From assembly GCA_041662665.1 (NCBI GenBank), contig JBAZSC010000001.1, positions 193,511 through 257,510 on the forward strand: a stretch of 64,000 nt of DNA. The letters run 5' to 3'. Under the pieces are notes generated by a model. It searched no databases, had not been told where the DNA came from, and saw only the letters and a program-made list of their open reading frames with translations. The translations under genes and the position numbers were made by a program. The DNA comes from Patescibacteria group bacterium (GTDB lineage: Bacteria > Patescibacteriota > JABMPQ01 > JAQVVF01). Positions 17,497-27,013 of the stretch are shown one piece after another (position 1 is the stretch's first letter; each line of letters begins with the position of its first letter).

Positions 17497-19998
17497 GTTC
17501 GATTTGTTCAACACGATTCCATTTTTATTTTTTTCAATCTTGATAATAGCATTCTCGCCAAATTCTTCCGAAATTATTCCTTCAGCCAATGGATCTTCAA
17601 TCACTTCGCCAATTGTACCTCGCAAAGGGCGAGCGCCTCTTTCAAAATCAAAACCTTTATCAGCAATTTCTTTTTTAACTAAATCAGAAACTGCAATTTT
17701 GATTTTTTTATTCCATAATCTTTTTTGCAATTCTTTAATTTGCAAATCAATAATTTTCTTGATTGATTCAGGACTTAGCGGTTTGAAAATTACAATTCTG
17801 TCAATTCTATTCAAAAATTCTGGACGATATTCTTTTTTTACATCGCTCAAAATTTCTTTTTTATAATCTTCATAAGTCTTGTCAAAATTTTCTGGATTAT
17901 ATTTTTCAGTCTCGCCAAAGCCAACTGCATTTTTAGTTATCGATTTTGTTCCAGTATTTGATGTCATGATAATTATCGTATTTTTGAAATCAACTTTTGT
18001 GCCTGCAGCATCTGTTAATACGCCATCATCTAAAACTTGCAAAAATAAATTAAAAACATCTGGATGAGCTTTTTCAATTTCATCAAACAAAACAACAGCA
18101 TACGGTTTGCGTTTTATGGCTTCTGTTAATTTTCCGCCTTCTTCATAGCCAATATATCCAGCTGGAGCGCCAATTAATTTGGAAATATTAAATTTTTCGC
18201 TAAACTCTGACATATCAATTCTGATCAAATCATCAATGTTTCCAAAAACTTCCATTGCCAAAACTTTGGCTAATTCTGTTTTTCCAACTCCAGTTGGACC
18301 TAAGAATAGGAAAGAGCCAATTGGTCGATTCGGACTAGAAATTCCAGCTCTTGAGCGTCTTATAAATTTTGCAACTAGCTCAATTGCTTGTTCTTGACCA
18401 ATTACTTTCTTGCCTAAAATATTTTCCAAATTTAATAATTTTTCTTTTTCTTTTGTTACTAATGTATCAAGTGGAATATTTGTCATTAATGATAATGTCT
18501 TGGCAATATCGGAACTAAATATTTCTGGCCAAGTATTTGTATCATCTAAAATTTCATTCAATTTTTCATGCAAAGCTAATTCTTCTTTTTTCAAAATTAA
18601 AGCATCTTTGAATTTTTCTTCTTTGACTTTTTTCTCTTTAATTAATTTAATTTCATCAAGTTTTTGAGATAGAGTCGAAAGTTCGCCATTTATAATTGTT
18701 TTGCCATGTTCGATTTTTAAACGCGATAAAGTTTCATCCAAAACATCAATTGCTTTATCAGGCAAAAATCGATTATGCAAATATCTCTTTGATAAAGAAA
18801 CAGCGCTTTCAAGTGCATCATCAGAAATTTTTGTTCGATGAAATTTTTCAAAATTATTTTTTAATCCTTTTAATATTTTTATAGTTTCTATTTCACTTGG
18901 CTCAACAATTTTAACTAACTGAAATCTGCGTACTAATGCATTATCATTCTCAATTGTTTTTTTGTAATCAGCAAAAGAAGAAGTACAGATAATTTGCAAA
19001 TCATTGGACGACATTGCAGGTTTCAAAATACTTCCGGCATCAAAAGCGCCATTTGATTGGCCCATTGAGATAATGGAATTTATTTCATCAATAAACAAGA
19101 TCACATTTTTATTTTGTGATAATTCATCAATCAATGCTTTCAATCTCATTTCAAATTCACCGCGAAAAACAGTTCCAGCAATCAATTTTGCTGAATCTAA
19201 TTTAAAGATTTTTTTATCTTTCAAAAAACCAGGCACTTTTTTCTCAAATATTTTTTTTGCTAATCCAAAAATAATGGCTGTTTTTCCAACTCCAGACTCG
19301 CCAATTAGTAGAGGATTATTTTTATGTTTTCTGCCTAAAATATTAATAATTCGATCTATCTCTTTTTCTCGTCCGACAATTTTATCGCAATTTTTCAAGA
19401 AATTTTTATCGCAAATATCATTGCAATAAAAACTCAACGCTTCTTTGTCCTTTTTATTCGATCCTTCATAATGCTTGGTCATGTCAGCAAATTTTTCAGT
19501 ATTTTTCAGCATAATGTCTGATTGCTCAATAATATATTTGAGATCGCATTTCAATTCGCGCAATAAAACAAAAGCTTGGCACTTTTTAATTTGTAAAATT
19601 GCCCATAATAAATGTTCAGTTCCAATGAATTTATGATTATGTTTATTCGCGCATGAAAATGATTTTAGCAACAAATTTTTTGTATCGTCAGTTAATGATA
19701 CAAAATCATCATCTTTTTCAGAAGTTTTATTTTTGTTACTCAATAATTTTCCTAAATTTGCATTATTAGAATTATCTTTTTGCTTGATAATTTTTACTTC
19801 CAATTCATTAATTTTTAATCCAGAATTTTTTAAAATTTCAGCAGCAATTCCGCCTTTTTGGGAGGCTAGTCCATACAATAAAAAATCAGAACTTAATTGA
19901 TTAGTTCCAGACTTTTGTGCAGTTGAAAAAGCAATATTGATTGCTTCTTTCAAATTTGTTGAAAATTTATTTAATATCTTTGGTATTTCGTCAATCAT
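17488..19998 (-). CDS. clpC: ATP-dependent Clp protease ATP-binding subunit
   Basis: Clp-N repeats, GESGVGKT, RFLPDKAID, GPTGVGKT, DEIEKAHPDV, GARPL. Confidence 0.93.
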   Translation of the reverse strand: MIDEIPKILNKFSTNLKEAINIAFSTAQKSGTNQLSSDFLLYGLASQKGGIAAEILKNSGLKINELEVKIIKQKDNSNNANLGKLLSNKNKTSEKDDDFVSLTDDTKNLLLKSFSCANKHNHKFIGTEHLLWAILQIKKCQAFVLLRELKCDLKYIIEQSDIMLKNTEKFADMTKHYEGSNKKDKEALSFYCNDICDKNFLKNCDKIVGREKEIDRIINILGRKHKNNPLLIGESGVGKTAIIFGLAKKIFEKKVPGFLKDKKIFKLDSAKLIAGTVFRGEFEMRLKALIDELSQNKNVILFIDEINSIISMGQSNGAFDAGSILKPAMSSNDLQIICTSSFADYKKTIENDNALVRRFQLVKIVEPSEIETIKILKGLKNNFEKFHRTKISDDALESAVSLSKRYLHNRFLPDKAIDVLDETLSRLKIEHGKTIINGELSTLSQKLDEIKLIKEKKVKEEKFKDALILKKEELALHEKLNEILDDTNTWPEIFSSDIAKTLSLMTNIPLDTLVTKEKEKLLNLENILGKKVIGQEQAIELVAKFIRRSRAGISSPNRPIGSFLFLGPTGVGKTELAKVLAMEVFGNIDDLIRIDMSEFSEKFNISKLIGAPAGYIGYEEGGKLTEAIKRKPYAVVLFDEIEKAHPDVFNLFLQVLDDGVLTDAAGTKVDFKNTIIIMTSNTGTKSITKNAVGFGETEKYNPENFDKTYEDYKKEILSDVKKEYRPEFLNRIDRIVIFKPLSPESIKKIIDLQIKELQKRLWNKKIKIAVSDLVKKEIADKGFDFERGARPLRGTIGEVIEDPLAEGIISEEFGENAIIKIEKNKNGIVLNKSNKL

Positions 19999-20108
19999 TT
20001 GGTTTAAATTAGTCTCGATAATTATATTACAGAATTATCAAAAATTCAAGACTAATTGTCAGATTGTTTTTTTTGCTTCATTGCTTCATAGTTCAATTGT
20101 TATATAAT

Positions 20109-20131
20109 AAAAAAAGAGGCAAGATAGCCTC
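20109..20131 (-). terminator. Intrinsic terminator
   Basis: Minus strand GAGGC-TATCTT-GCCTC-T7 directly after the stop. Confidence 0.7.
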
Positions 20132-20591
20132 ACAAAGAGCTTAGTCGTTTACGTACAAATGTTGATCGTGCTGTCAGAATAGTATCTAAAGTTGTTTGAG
20201 CAATTTCCAATGAATTTCTAGCTCCTCTTTCAGCAAAACTGAGCATTTTCATTACACTTTCTCCTCGACAATTTCCATCAATATCACAAAGATCATATTG
20301 TTGATCAATCAAATAGTCATTTCCGTTTTGTACTTCGCAATTATGGTGATAAAATGTGAAACAAACAATTACTTTGCCATTTGGAAAAAATTTCACGAAT
20401 ATTTGTCGAAAACCATGAGTAAGATCAAAGGGCAAAGAAACCATTGGCACCAACCCGCTTTCTTCCTCATAAAACCTCTTTAAGGTATTTCTTCTTTGTG
20501 CATAATCCTGAGATGTCAAGCAATCCATTCTTTCAATCTCTTCCAATCTTTCCATCATTACTTGACATTCATCCTTGAATGGTCCTGTCAT
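20130..20591 (-). CDS. Orphan hypothetical protein
   Basis: ATG at 20591 (MTGPFKD) preceded by strong AAGGAGG; the longer ORF-track start would overlap recX. Confidence 0.6.
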   Translation of the reverse strand: MTGPFKDECQVMMERLEEIERMDCLTSQDYAQRRNTLKRFYEEESGLVPMVSLPFDLTHGFRQIFVKFFPNGKVIVCFTFYHHNCEVQNGNDYLIDQQYDLCDIDGNCRGESVMKMLSFAERGARNSLEIAQTTLDTILTARSTFVRKRLSSL

Positions 20592-20635
20592 CTTCTCTCC
20601 CTCCTTTTTGTGGAAAGAACAATACATTAAACAAT

Positions 20636-21097
20636 ATGTTAAATCAACAACTAAATCAAGCCATAATTTATTCACAAAAGCTTCTTGCTCAATATCCAAG
20701 AACTGTTTTTGAAATTGAAGATAAATTAAAAAAGAAAAACTGCCAGCCAGAAATAATTACTCAAGTCATAAAATATTTAAAAGACAAAAATTATCTTAAT
20801 GATAATGAATATGGGAAAACCTTTTTAGAATTTGAATTAAAAAACAGACCATGTGGCAGAATGTTATGCTATAAAAAATTAGTTAAAAAGGGGATTAGTA
20901 AAGATTTAGCCAGTCAAGTTTTGGATGAAAATTATCCAGATGAAAAAGAAATAGAATTAGCCAAAATTTTAGCAGACAAAAAAATGCGTGAATTAAAATT
21001 TAAAGACAAAAAAACAATCTATCGCAAATTAGGTTATTATTTAAACAGCAAAGGTTTTTCCAGCACAACAATATTAGAGATTATCGAAAATTTCTAA
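20636..21097 (+). CDS. recX: RecA regulator RecX
   Basis: RTVFEIEDKL, YLNDNEY, YLNSKGFS; ATG at 20636. Confidence 0.8.
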   Translation: MLNQQLNQAIIYSQKLLAQYPRTVFEIEDKLKKKNCQPEIITQVIKYLKDKNYLNDNEYGKTFLEFELKNRPCGRMLCYKKLVKKGISKDLASQVLDENYPDEKEIELAKILADKKMRELKFKDKKTIYRKLGYYLNSKGFSSTTILEIIENF

Positions 21098-21125
21098 TTT
21101 CTGTTTTCTGTTTTCTGTTTTCTAA
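21091..21125. repeat. Solo arm of the TTTTCTG heptamer family
   Basis: tttctaa tttctg ttttctg ttttctg ttttctaa; palindromic relative at 26948-27002. Confidence 0.75.
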
Positions 21126-21269
21126 TACTTGTGGGTATCTTAATTGATGAAATTATTATTATTTGCTATATTATATCTAAGAACTTATTAACATTGAAAA
21201 TCAAAATTAACAACTGAATACATTTTTTCCACAAAATTTTTATATTTTTAGTTTTTTATATTTTTAAAT

Positions 21270-22322
21270 ATGCAACTTCAAGAGCTTTTAGCAGAAGTTA
21301 TAAAACAAAATGCATCTGATCTCCACATCACAGTTGGCAAGCCACCGACAATCAGAGTTGATGACAAGTTAATTCCAATTGCCAATCAAGAAGTACTGAC
21401 ACCAGAAACAACAGAAAATCTAGTTTTGAGTTTGTTAACAAATGAACAAAAAGAAATTCTGATGCAAGATAAAGAGTTTGATTTTTCATACGCTTATAAT
21501 GATCAAGGCAGATTTCGTGTTAATGCCTATTTTCAAAAAAGCTATCTAGCTGCATCTTTAAGATTAATTCCTGCAAAAGTTAAAACTTTTGAAGAATTAA
21601 ATTTGCCAGAAATTTTAAAAAGTTTTGCGAGTGCTCAACAAGGTTTTTTCATTTCTTGCGGTCCTGCTGGTCATGGAAAAACAACAACAGTCGCTGCAAT
21701 GGTTGACTATATTAACAAGCAAAGGTCAGATCATATTATTACTATTGAAGATCCAATTGAATATACTTTTATTCAAGACAAATGCTTAATTGATCAGCGC
21801 GAAGTCCATCTTGATACTCATTCTTTTCCGCAAGCTTTAAAATCTTGTTTGCGTCAGGATCCAGACGTTATCTTTGTCGGTGAAATGCGAGATCTGGAAA
21901 CAATATCAACAGCTGCAACTTTGGCAGAAACAGGTCATTTAGTTTTATCAACTTTACACACTAATAACGCTGCCGATACAATTGACCGTATGGTTGGTGT
22001 TTTTCCGCCTCATCAACAAGAACAAATTCGATTTCAATTAGCTAGTTCATTATTGGGCATGATATCTCAAAGACTAATTCCAAGAATCGACAAGCCAGGC
22101 CGTATTGTTGTTGCCGAAGTTTTAAAAATCAATGCTGCAGCCAGAAACTTAATTCGCGAAGGCAAAACATATCAGTTAAACAATATAATTTTAACCAGCA
22201 AACAAGAAGGCATGATTTCTTTAGATACTTCATTAGCAGAATTGGTTAAATCAAAAATAATCAGCAAAGAAAATGCCTTAGCTTATGCAATTGATCAGAA
22301 AAATTTGAGTATGCTATTATAA
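21270..22322 (+). CDS. pilT: Type IV pilus retraction ATPase
   Basis: ASDLH, GRFRVN, GPAGHGKTT, TIEDPIE, LRQDPD, GEMRD, AETGHLV. Confidence 0.93.
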   Translation: MQLQELLAEVIKQNASDLHITVGKPPTIRVDDKLIPIANQEVLTPETTENLVLSLLTNEQKEILMQDKEFDFSYAYNDQGRFRVNAYFQKSYLAASLRLIPAKVKTFEELNLPEILKSFASAQQGFFISCGPAGHGKTTTVAAMVDYINKQRSDHIITIEDPIEYTFIQDKCLIDQREVHLDTHSFPQALKSCLRQDPDVIFVGEMRDLETISTAATLAETGHLVLSTLHTNNAADTIDRMVGVFPPHQQEQIRFQLASSLLGMISQRLIPRIDKPGRIVVAEVLKINAAARNLIREGKTYQLNNIILTSKQEGMISLDTSLAELVKSKIISKENALAYAIDQKNLSMLL

Positions 22323-22323
22323 C

Positions 22324-22394
22324 GAGTAGTATGTAGCAGGTAGTAAGTAGAAAGTAGTAAGTCTACTTTCTACTTTCTACTTGCTACTTTCTAC
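22324..22394. repeat. Empty palindromic heptamer element (AAGTAG / CTACTT)
   Basis: gtag x5 then ctac x5 with a 7-nt period, between pilT and the pilin gene. Confidence 0.88.
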
Positions 22395-22437
22395 ATTTTA
22401 TAAATTAATTTATTTGAAAGGGGGTGAAAAAGAAAAA

Positions 22438-22878
22438 ATGAAAAAGTTCTTCACGTTAAAGAAAGACCACAAAGGTTTCACTTTGATTGAGTTGTTGGTT
22501 GTTATTGCTATTATTGGTATTTTGGCAGCCATCGTATTCGTTGCTTTAGGCACAGCAAGAAGAAAAGCAAGAGATGCAAGACGCGAATCAGATGTTCGCC
22601 AAGTAGCCTTGGCAATGGAGTTGTATCATGATGATAATGGCGCTTATGTAACAAACGCTGGTGCAGCAGTTCCAGCAATTGGCACATATATGCCAACAGC
22701 GCCATCAGATCCAGGTTCAGGAAGCTATGTTTGGGTAAACAATGTTGCTGATTCTCAAGATTATGTTGTTTATGGAACATTAGAAAAAACTTGTACAAAC
22801 ACTTGCTACATTGTAGCAAATCCAGATGGAGTACAAGAAGTTGATCAAGCAGCTGCACCTACATTAGCAAATCCATAA
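22438..22878 (+). CDS. Type IV pilin (probable major pilin)
   Basis: KG|[23 protein letters not shown]; RBS GGGGGTGA before ATG 22438; followed by a strong hairpin. Confidence 0.9.
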   Translation: MKKFFTLKKDHKGFTLIELLVVIAIIGILAAIVFVALGTARRKARDARRESDVRQVALAMELYHDDNGAYVTNAGAAVPAIGTYMPTAPSDPGSGSYVWVNNVADSQDYVVYGTLEKTCTNTCYIVANPDGVQEVDQAAAPTLANP

Positions 22879-22887
22879 TTTTCATAT

Positions 22888-22924
22888 TTAAACTGGCGGA
22901 GCAAAAAATGTTCCGCCAGTTTAA
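22888..22924 (+). terminator. Stem-loop after pilin gene
   Basis: ttaaactggcggagca-aaaaa-tgttccgccagtttaa. Confidence 0.7.
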
Positions 22925-22954
22925 CATATGTTTCTAGAAAAACAAGAAAAAATA

Positions 22955-23047
22955 TCGCTAATCATTTGCAAATTTTTGCTAATATTTTGCTAATAGTTAC
23001 TAAATAGATTGGCAAATAATTTGCATAAATTAGCAAAAGATTGGCGT
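22955..23047. repeat. Empty palindromic element (TTGCTAA / TTAGCAA, 10-11 nt period)
   Basis: ttgc(t/a)aa x4 then tt(a/g/t)gca x4, between two pilin genes. Confidence 0.7.
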
Positions 23048-23064
23048 CCATTTTTTAGATTTTT

Positions 23065-23493
23065 ATGAAAAACCAAAAGGGTTTTACTTTAATTGAGATA
23101 CTAGTTGTTGTTTCTATCGTCGGAATTCTTGCATCAATTGCTCTAATTGGCGTTGATGATGCCAGAAAAAAAGCACGTGATGCTCGGCGAGTTTCTGATT
23201 TGTATCAGATTTCTCAAGCCATTGAAATGTATAACAATGCAACAGGTCAGTATCCAGAAAATTTATCATCAAATCTTACCTCATATTTTCCAAGAGGATT
23301 ACCCAAGGATCCAAATCCAAGTAATAATTACGATTATATTCGTAGTCTCTCCAAATGTTATATTTTGCGTGCCAAATTAGATCGTAATAATAAAGATATC
23401 CTAAAAAGAGATTTAGATAATGAAATTACCTGCGGAGCATCAATAGATTGCAATGACGATTCTCTTTTCTATTGTGTAGGAAATAATCAATGA
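23065..23493 (+). CDS. Type IV pilin / GspG-like pseudopilin
   Basis: KG|FTLIEILVV, ARDARR, PKDP. Confidence 0.9.
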   Translation: MKNQKGFTLIEILVVVSIVGILASIALIGVDDARKKARDARRVSDLYQISQAIEMYNNATGQYPENLSSNLTSYFPRGLPKDPNPSNNYDYIRSLSKCYILRAKLDRNNKDILKRDLDNEITCGASIDCNDDSLFYCVGNNQ

Positions 23494-23531
23494 ATTATGA
23501 ATCAGGAATTATGAATAAAGAATAATGAATC
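23490..23531. repeat. Solo arm of the GAATTAT heptamer family
   Basis: gaattat gaatcag gaattat gaataaa gaataat gaat; contains the pilin stop and the pilD start. Confidence 0.85.
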
Positions 23532-24343
23532 TTATGTTAATCCTAGCTAGCGTAATAATATTAATATTTGGTTTAGTTATCGGCAGTTTTCTTAATGTTG
23601 TCATAAACCGTCTCAATCTTCATCAAAACTTAATTTCGCCAGGCTCGCATTGTCCAAACTGCAAACACAATTTAAATTTTTGGGATTTAATTCCTGTTTT
23701 CAGTTTCATTTTTTTAAGAGGAAAATGCCGTTATTGTCAAAAAAAAATTTCTTGGCAATATCCATTAGTTGAGCTGACAACTGCAATTTCATTTTTATTA
23801 TTATTTTTCAAATTTGTTGATATTAATAATATTAATCTTGATTTTCTTGTTATTTTAGAACAGCTTTTAATCTATTTCTTTTTCACAAGCATCCTGATAA
23901 TAATTTTTGTTTACGATCTTAAGCATTATTTGATTCCGAATAAAATTATATATCCAGCATTAATTATAACTTTGATTTTGCAAATTATCCCAATATCCCA
24001 ATATCCCAATATCCCAATATCTAATTTAATAATTGGCTCATTAATTCCAGGAATATTCTTTCTGCTTTTAGTCCTTGTTTCCAAAGAAAAATGGATGGGA
24101 GCAGGCGATGTCAAATTAGGTTTTTTATGCGGTCTAATGATCGGTTATCCAAATATTTTTGTTGCTTTATTTATCTCCTTTGTTTTAGGAGCAATTATTG
24201 GTATCATTTTAATTATTTCAAAGAAAAAAGATCTCAAAGACAAAATGCCATATGGCACTTTATTAACTTTTGCAACTTTTATTTCTATTCTATTTGGCAC
24301 TCAAATTATAAATTGGTACTTTAGCTTTTTAGGCATAGTGTGA
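23525..24343 (+). CDS. pilD: Prepilin peptidase
   Basis: GSFLNVV, SHCPNC, GKCRYC, YPLVE, MGAGDVKL. Confidence 0.93.
   Translation: MNLMLILASVIILIFGLVIGSFLNVVINRLNLHQNLISPGSHCPNCKHNLNFWDLIPVFSFIFLRGKCRYCQKKISWQYPLVELTTAISFLLLFFKFVDINNINLDFLVILEQLLIYFFFTSILIIIFVYDLKHYLIPNKIIYPALIITLILQIIPISQYPNIPISNLIIGSLIPGIFFLLLVLVSKEKWMGAGDVKLGFLCGLMIGYPNIFVALFISFVLGAIIGIILIISKKKDLKDKMPYGTLLTFATFISILFGTQIINWYFSFLGIV
23984..24022. repeat. In-frame AATATCCC octamer array inside pilD
   Basis: attatccc aatatccc x3 aatatct, encoding IIPISQYPNIPIS. Confidence 0.85.
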
Positions 24344-24360
24344 TACAATATTTTTAGTAG

Positions 24361-24404
24361 ATTCGCATATTCGCAACATTTGCATTCATTCGTATATTCG
24401 TATT
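24361..24404. repeat. Solo arm of the ATTCG(C/T)A family
   Basis: Near-copy of 9089-9132. Confidence 0.8.
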
Positions 24405-24433
24405 ATTTATTATAAAAAATAAAATAAAAAAAA

Positions 24434-25948
24434 ATGAACAAGATCAAGTATTATCTGGCAGGCATTTTTTGTGTTTGCCTAATGTTTGGAATCAGTCATT
24501 TTGCTTTGGCTGATTCTACAATTTCTGGGAAAATTTTAAAAACCAATGGTGATCCAGTAATAGGCGATACTGTTTATCTCCGCAGTAATAGCAATGTTTA
24601 TGTCGATACTACTGATGCCAATGGTAATTATACTTTCACTGTTGATGACGCACCGATCACTGATAGCTATACGTTAATTCCTAATGACATTAATTATATA
24701 TACGAAGTAGGATATATAATAGCTCATTCTGAATATTTTTATCCGCAATCTAGACCTATTTCAATTGTCGATGGTGTAAATCAAGCAGACATCGATTTTA
24801 CCATGAGTCATCATGGAATGGTATCTGGAAAAATCACCGATAGTAGTGGCAATCCGATTGATGAAGTTTTGTTCTATATGTGGGATAAAAATGGCCAATC
24901 TTTTTATGAATATTCCTATTCTGATATTCTAGGTAATTATTATGCGACTCCGCTATATGGTTCGAGCCAAAGCATTAATGCGCAAGGAAATTATCAGGCT
25001 TATGTTTTCAAAGAAGGTTATTTGCCAGTATATATAAGTAGCTTAGCAATTGTCGATAATCAAACTCTTTCACAAAATGTTACTTTAACAGGAAAAAGTC
25101 ATGTTTCTGGCAATATAAAATCGAAAAAAGGAACGAATCTAGCAGATATTGTTGTCAAAGTCTATCGTTTAGGCGATGATGACGCTTATGCTGTTTCACA
25201 AAGCGATGCAAATGGTAACTATCAAATTGATCTTGGTCGGACAGGAGATCCAGATGATTTTGGTGATTTTTCTGCCAAAGGAAAATATATTCTAGAAGTT
25301 GCAGGCGATGATACTTCTGCATATACAAAAAAATCAAAAAATATTTCTGTAACATCTGATGAATCAAGCCTTTCCAAAAATTTTACCTTAAGCAAAAAGA
25401 AAGGTTCTCTTTCAGGTAAAGTTAAGACCAAGAAAAATACAAAAATTGAAGGCGCAATGGTTAAAGTCAATTTAATCAGTGATCCACAGATTACTTCTAC
25501 AACATATTCTGATTCAAGCGGCAGATATAGTTTTGCTCACTTAACAACTGGCAATTATCAAATTACTGTTAGTAAAGATGGCTACGTTAATTATGAAATG
25601 ACTAATAAGAAAATCAAAAAAGGAACTAAAAAGACTTTTAAATTAACAACAGCTGGTAATATCTCTGGTTATGTTTTTGACAATGTTACCAAGAAACCTC
25701 TTTCTGGTATTTATGTTTATCTAGTCAATTCAGATATTTATGCTTCCACCAATAGCCAAGGCTATTATGTTATAAAAAACGTTCCTACAGGTAATCGCAA
25801 GATTTATGTAAGGAATTATAACTATCAAGAACAATTTTATTTCAAAGCTTCAAGTATCAGCAAGGCAAAGACAATCAAAGTCAAGAAAAACAAAGAGAAT
25901 AAAAAAAATAATTTCTATTTGACATCTTATCAAAGAACATATCGATAA
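24434..25948 (+). CDS. Secreted protein with carboxypeptidase-regulatory-like (beta-sandwich) repeats
   Basis: Signal peptide; repeated SGK(I/V)...TDANGNY units; acidic N-terminal part, Lys-rich C-terminal part. Confidence 0.8.
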   Translation: MNKIKYYLAGIFCVCLMFGISHFALADSTISGKILKTNGDPVIGDTVYLRSNSNVYVDTTDANGNYTFTVDDAPITDSYTLIPNDINYIYEVGYIIAHSEYFYPQSRPISIVDGVNQADIDFTMSHHGMVSGKITDSSGNPIDEVLFYMWDKNGQSFYEYSYSDILGNYYATPLYGSSQSINAQGNYQAYVFKEGYLPVYISSLAIVDNQTLSQNVTLTGKSHVSGNIKSKKGTNLADIVVKVYRLGDDDAYAVSQSDANGNYQIDLGRTGDPDDFGDFSAKGKYILEVAGDDTSAYTKKSKNISVTSDESSLSKNFTLSKKKGSLSGKVKTKKNTKIEGAMVKVNLISDPQITSTTYSDSSGRYSFAHLTTGNYQITVSKDGYVNYEMTNKKIKKGTKKTFKLTTAGNISGYVFDNVTKKPLSGIYVYLVNSDIYASTNSQGYYVIKNVPTGNRKIYVRNYNYQEQFYFKASSISKAKTIKVKKNKENKKNNFYLTSYQRTYR

Positions 25949-25959
25949 ATTAAGATAAT

Positions 25960-25988
25960 AAAAAGACTAGATAAAATCTAGTCTTTTT
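25960..25988. terminator. Bidirectional terminator
   Basis: aaaaagactagat-aaa-atctagtcttttt between convergent genes. Confidence 0.8.
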
Positions 25989-25991
25989 TGT

Positions 25992-26035
25992 ATTAGAGAT
26001 TAATTAGAGAAAAGTATTAGAGATTTAATTCGAGA
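25992..26035. repeat. Solo arm, ATTAGAGA repeat
   Basis: attagaga x3 plus attcgaga, 11-13 nt period. Confidence 0.55.
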
Positions 26036-26040
26036 AAAAT

Positions 26041-26925
26041 TTATTCCGCTATCTCAATCATTCGATTAGCATGATCTTTTCCTTTTGTATTTACCTCAAA
26101 ATAATGATAATAACTGTCATCATTTTTCATAAAATCATATTGAGGTAAAGATCCAGCACTTCCAACAATTGTCATTGTAATACTTAGCAAATTAAATGGA
26201 AAATACATATGCAGATGTCCAGAATATACTTCTTTGACATTATTTTTTGGTTCATTAATTATTTCATAAAATTTATCATAGCTTGCAAATGTCTGCTTTG
26301 TTCCGCCATCATTAATATCAAAAACATCTTCAAAAGGAATTTTTGTTGGTCGATGCATAAAAATAAAAGCTGGAAATTTATTTGTTGCCAAATCTTGTTT
26401 AAGCCAGTTTAACTGTTCATCAGAAAATCCTTCTAAATTCCATGAATTATCCAAAATTACGAAATGATTTTTTTCATAATCAAAAGATTGATAAAGATCT
26501 TTATAATAATTTAAAAAAACAGATTTATCTTGTTCATCAGCTAGAATATCATGATTGCCAGGAACAATATAATAAGCAATATTCAAATTTTTCGCCATAT
26601 AATTTTTGAATTCTTGAAATTCAGCATCAGTTCCATTTTGTGTAAAATCTCCTAAATGGATAAAAAATTTTGCATTGCTTTTGTTTACTTTTTCAACTAT
26701 TTGTTTGTAGATTTTGTTCAAATCATCATTTTGTCTGCCAGAATCAGAGGCAACAGCAAAAGTAAAATCAGTTTCATTGGTCACAAGATTTTTTATTTTT
26801 TCAGTTATCCTGGCTTTATTAGCCGAATTATCAATCCTTGGTTTTAAAATATAAAAATAAAAACCAGCCAGTGCCAACAGGAATAATATTAATGCTAAAA
26901 TAAAACATGAAATATACTTTTTCAT
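26041..26925 (-). CDS. Membrane-anchored calcineurin-like metallophosphoesterase
   Basis: SD, GDF, PGNHD, MHRP, SGHLH motifs. Confidence 0.9.
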   Translation of the reverse strand: MKKYISCFILALILFLLALAGFYFYILKPRIDNSANKARITEKIKNLVTNETDFTFAVASDSGRQNDDLNKIYKQIVEKVNKSNAKFFIHLGDFTQNGTDAEFQEFKNYMAKNLNIAYYIVPGNHDILADEQDKSVFLNYYKDLYQSFDYEKNHFVILDNSWNLEGFSDEQLNWLKQDLATNKFPAFIFMHRPTKIPFEDVFDINDGGTKQTFASYDKFYEIINEPKNNVKEVYSGHLHMYFPFNLLSITMTIVGSAGSLPQYDFMKNDDSYYHYFEVNTKGKDHANRMIEIAE

Positions 26926-26947
26926 GAGTTTATGATATCATAAAAAA

Positions 26948-27002
26948 GAGAAAACAGAAAACAGGAAAAAAACAAGCACTGTTTTCTATTTTCTGTTTTC
27001 TA
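26948..27002. repeat. Short empty palindromic element (CAGAAAA / TTTTCTG)
   Basis: gaaaacagaaaacag ... ctgttttctattttctgttttc. Confidence 0.7.
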
Positions 27003-27013
27003 ATAAATATATC

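Noticed and set aside
17495-19429. Several plus-strand ORFs of 60-141 aa
   Set aside because: Antisense shadows of clpC; the same applies to most short ORFs nested in or opposite long genes across the window.
8965-20101. Weak periodic AT-rich runs at 8965-8998, 16672-16705 and 20083-20101
   Set aside because: Possibly decayed arms, but too short to distinguish from AT-rich background.
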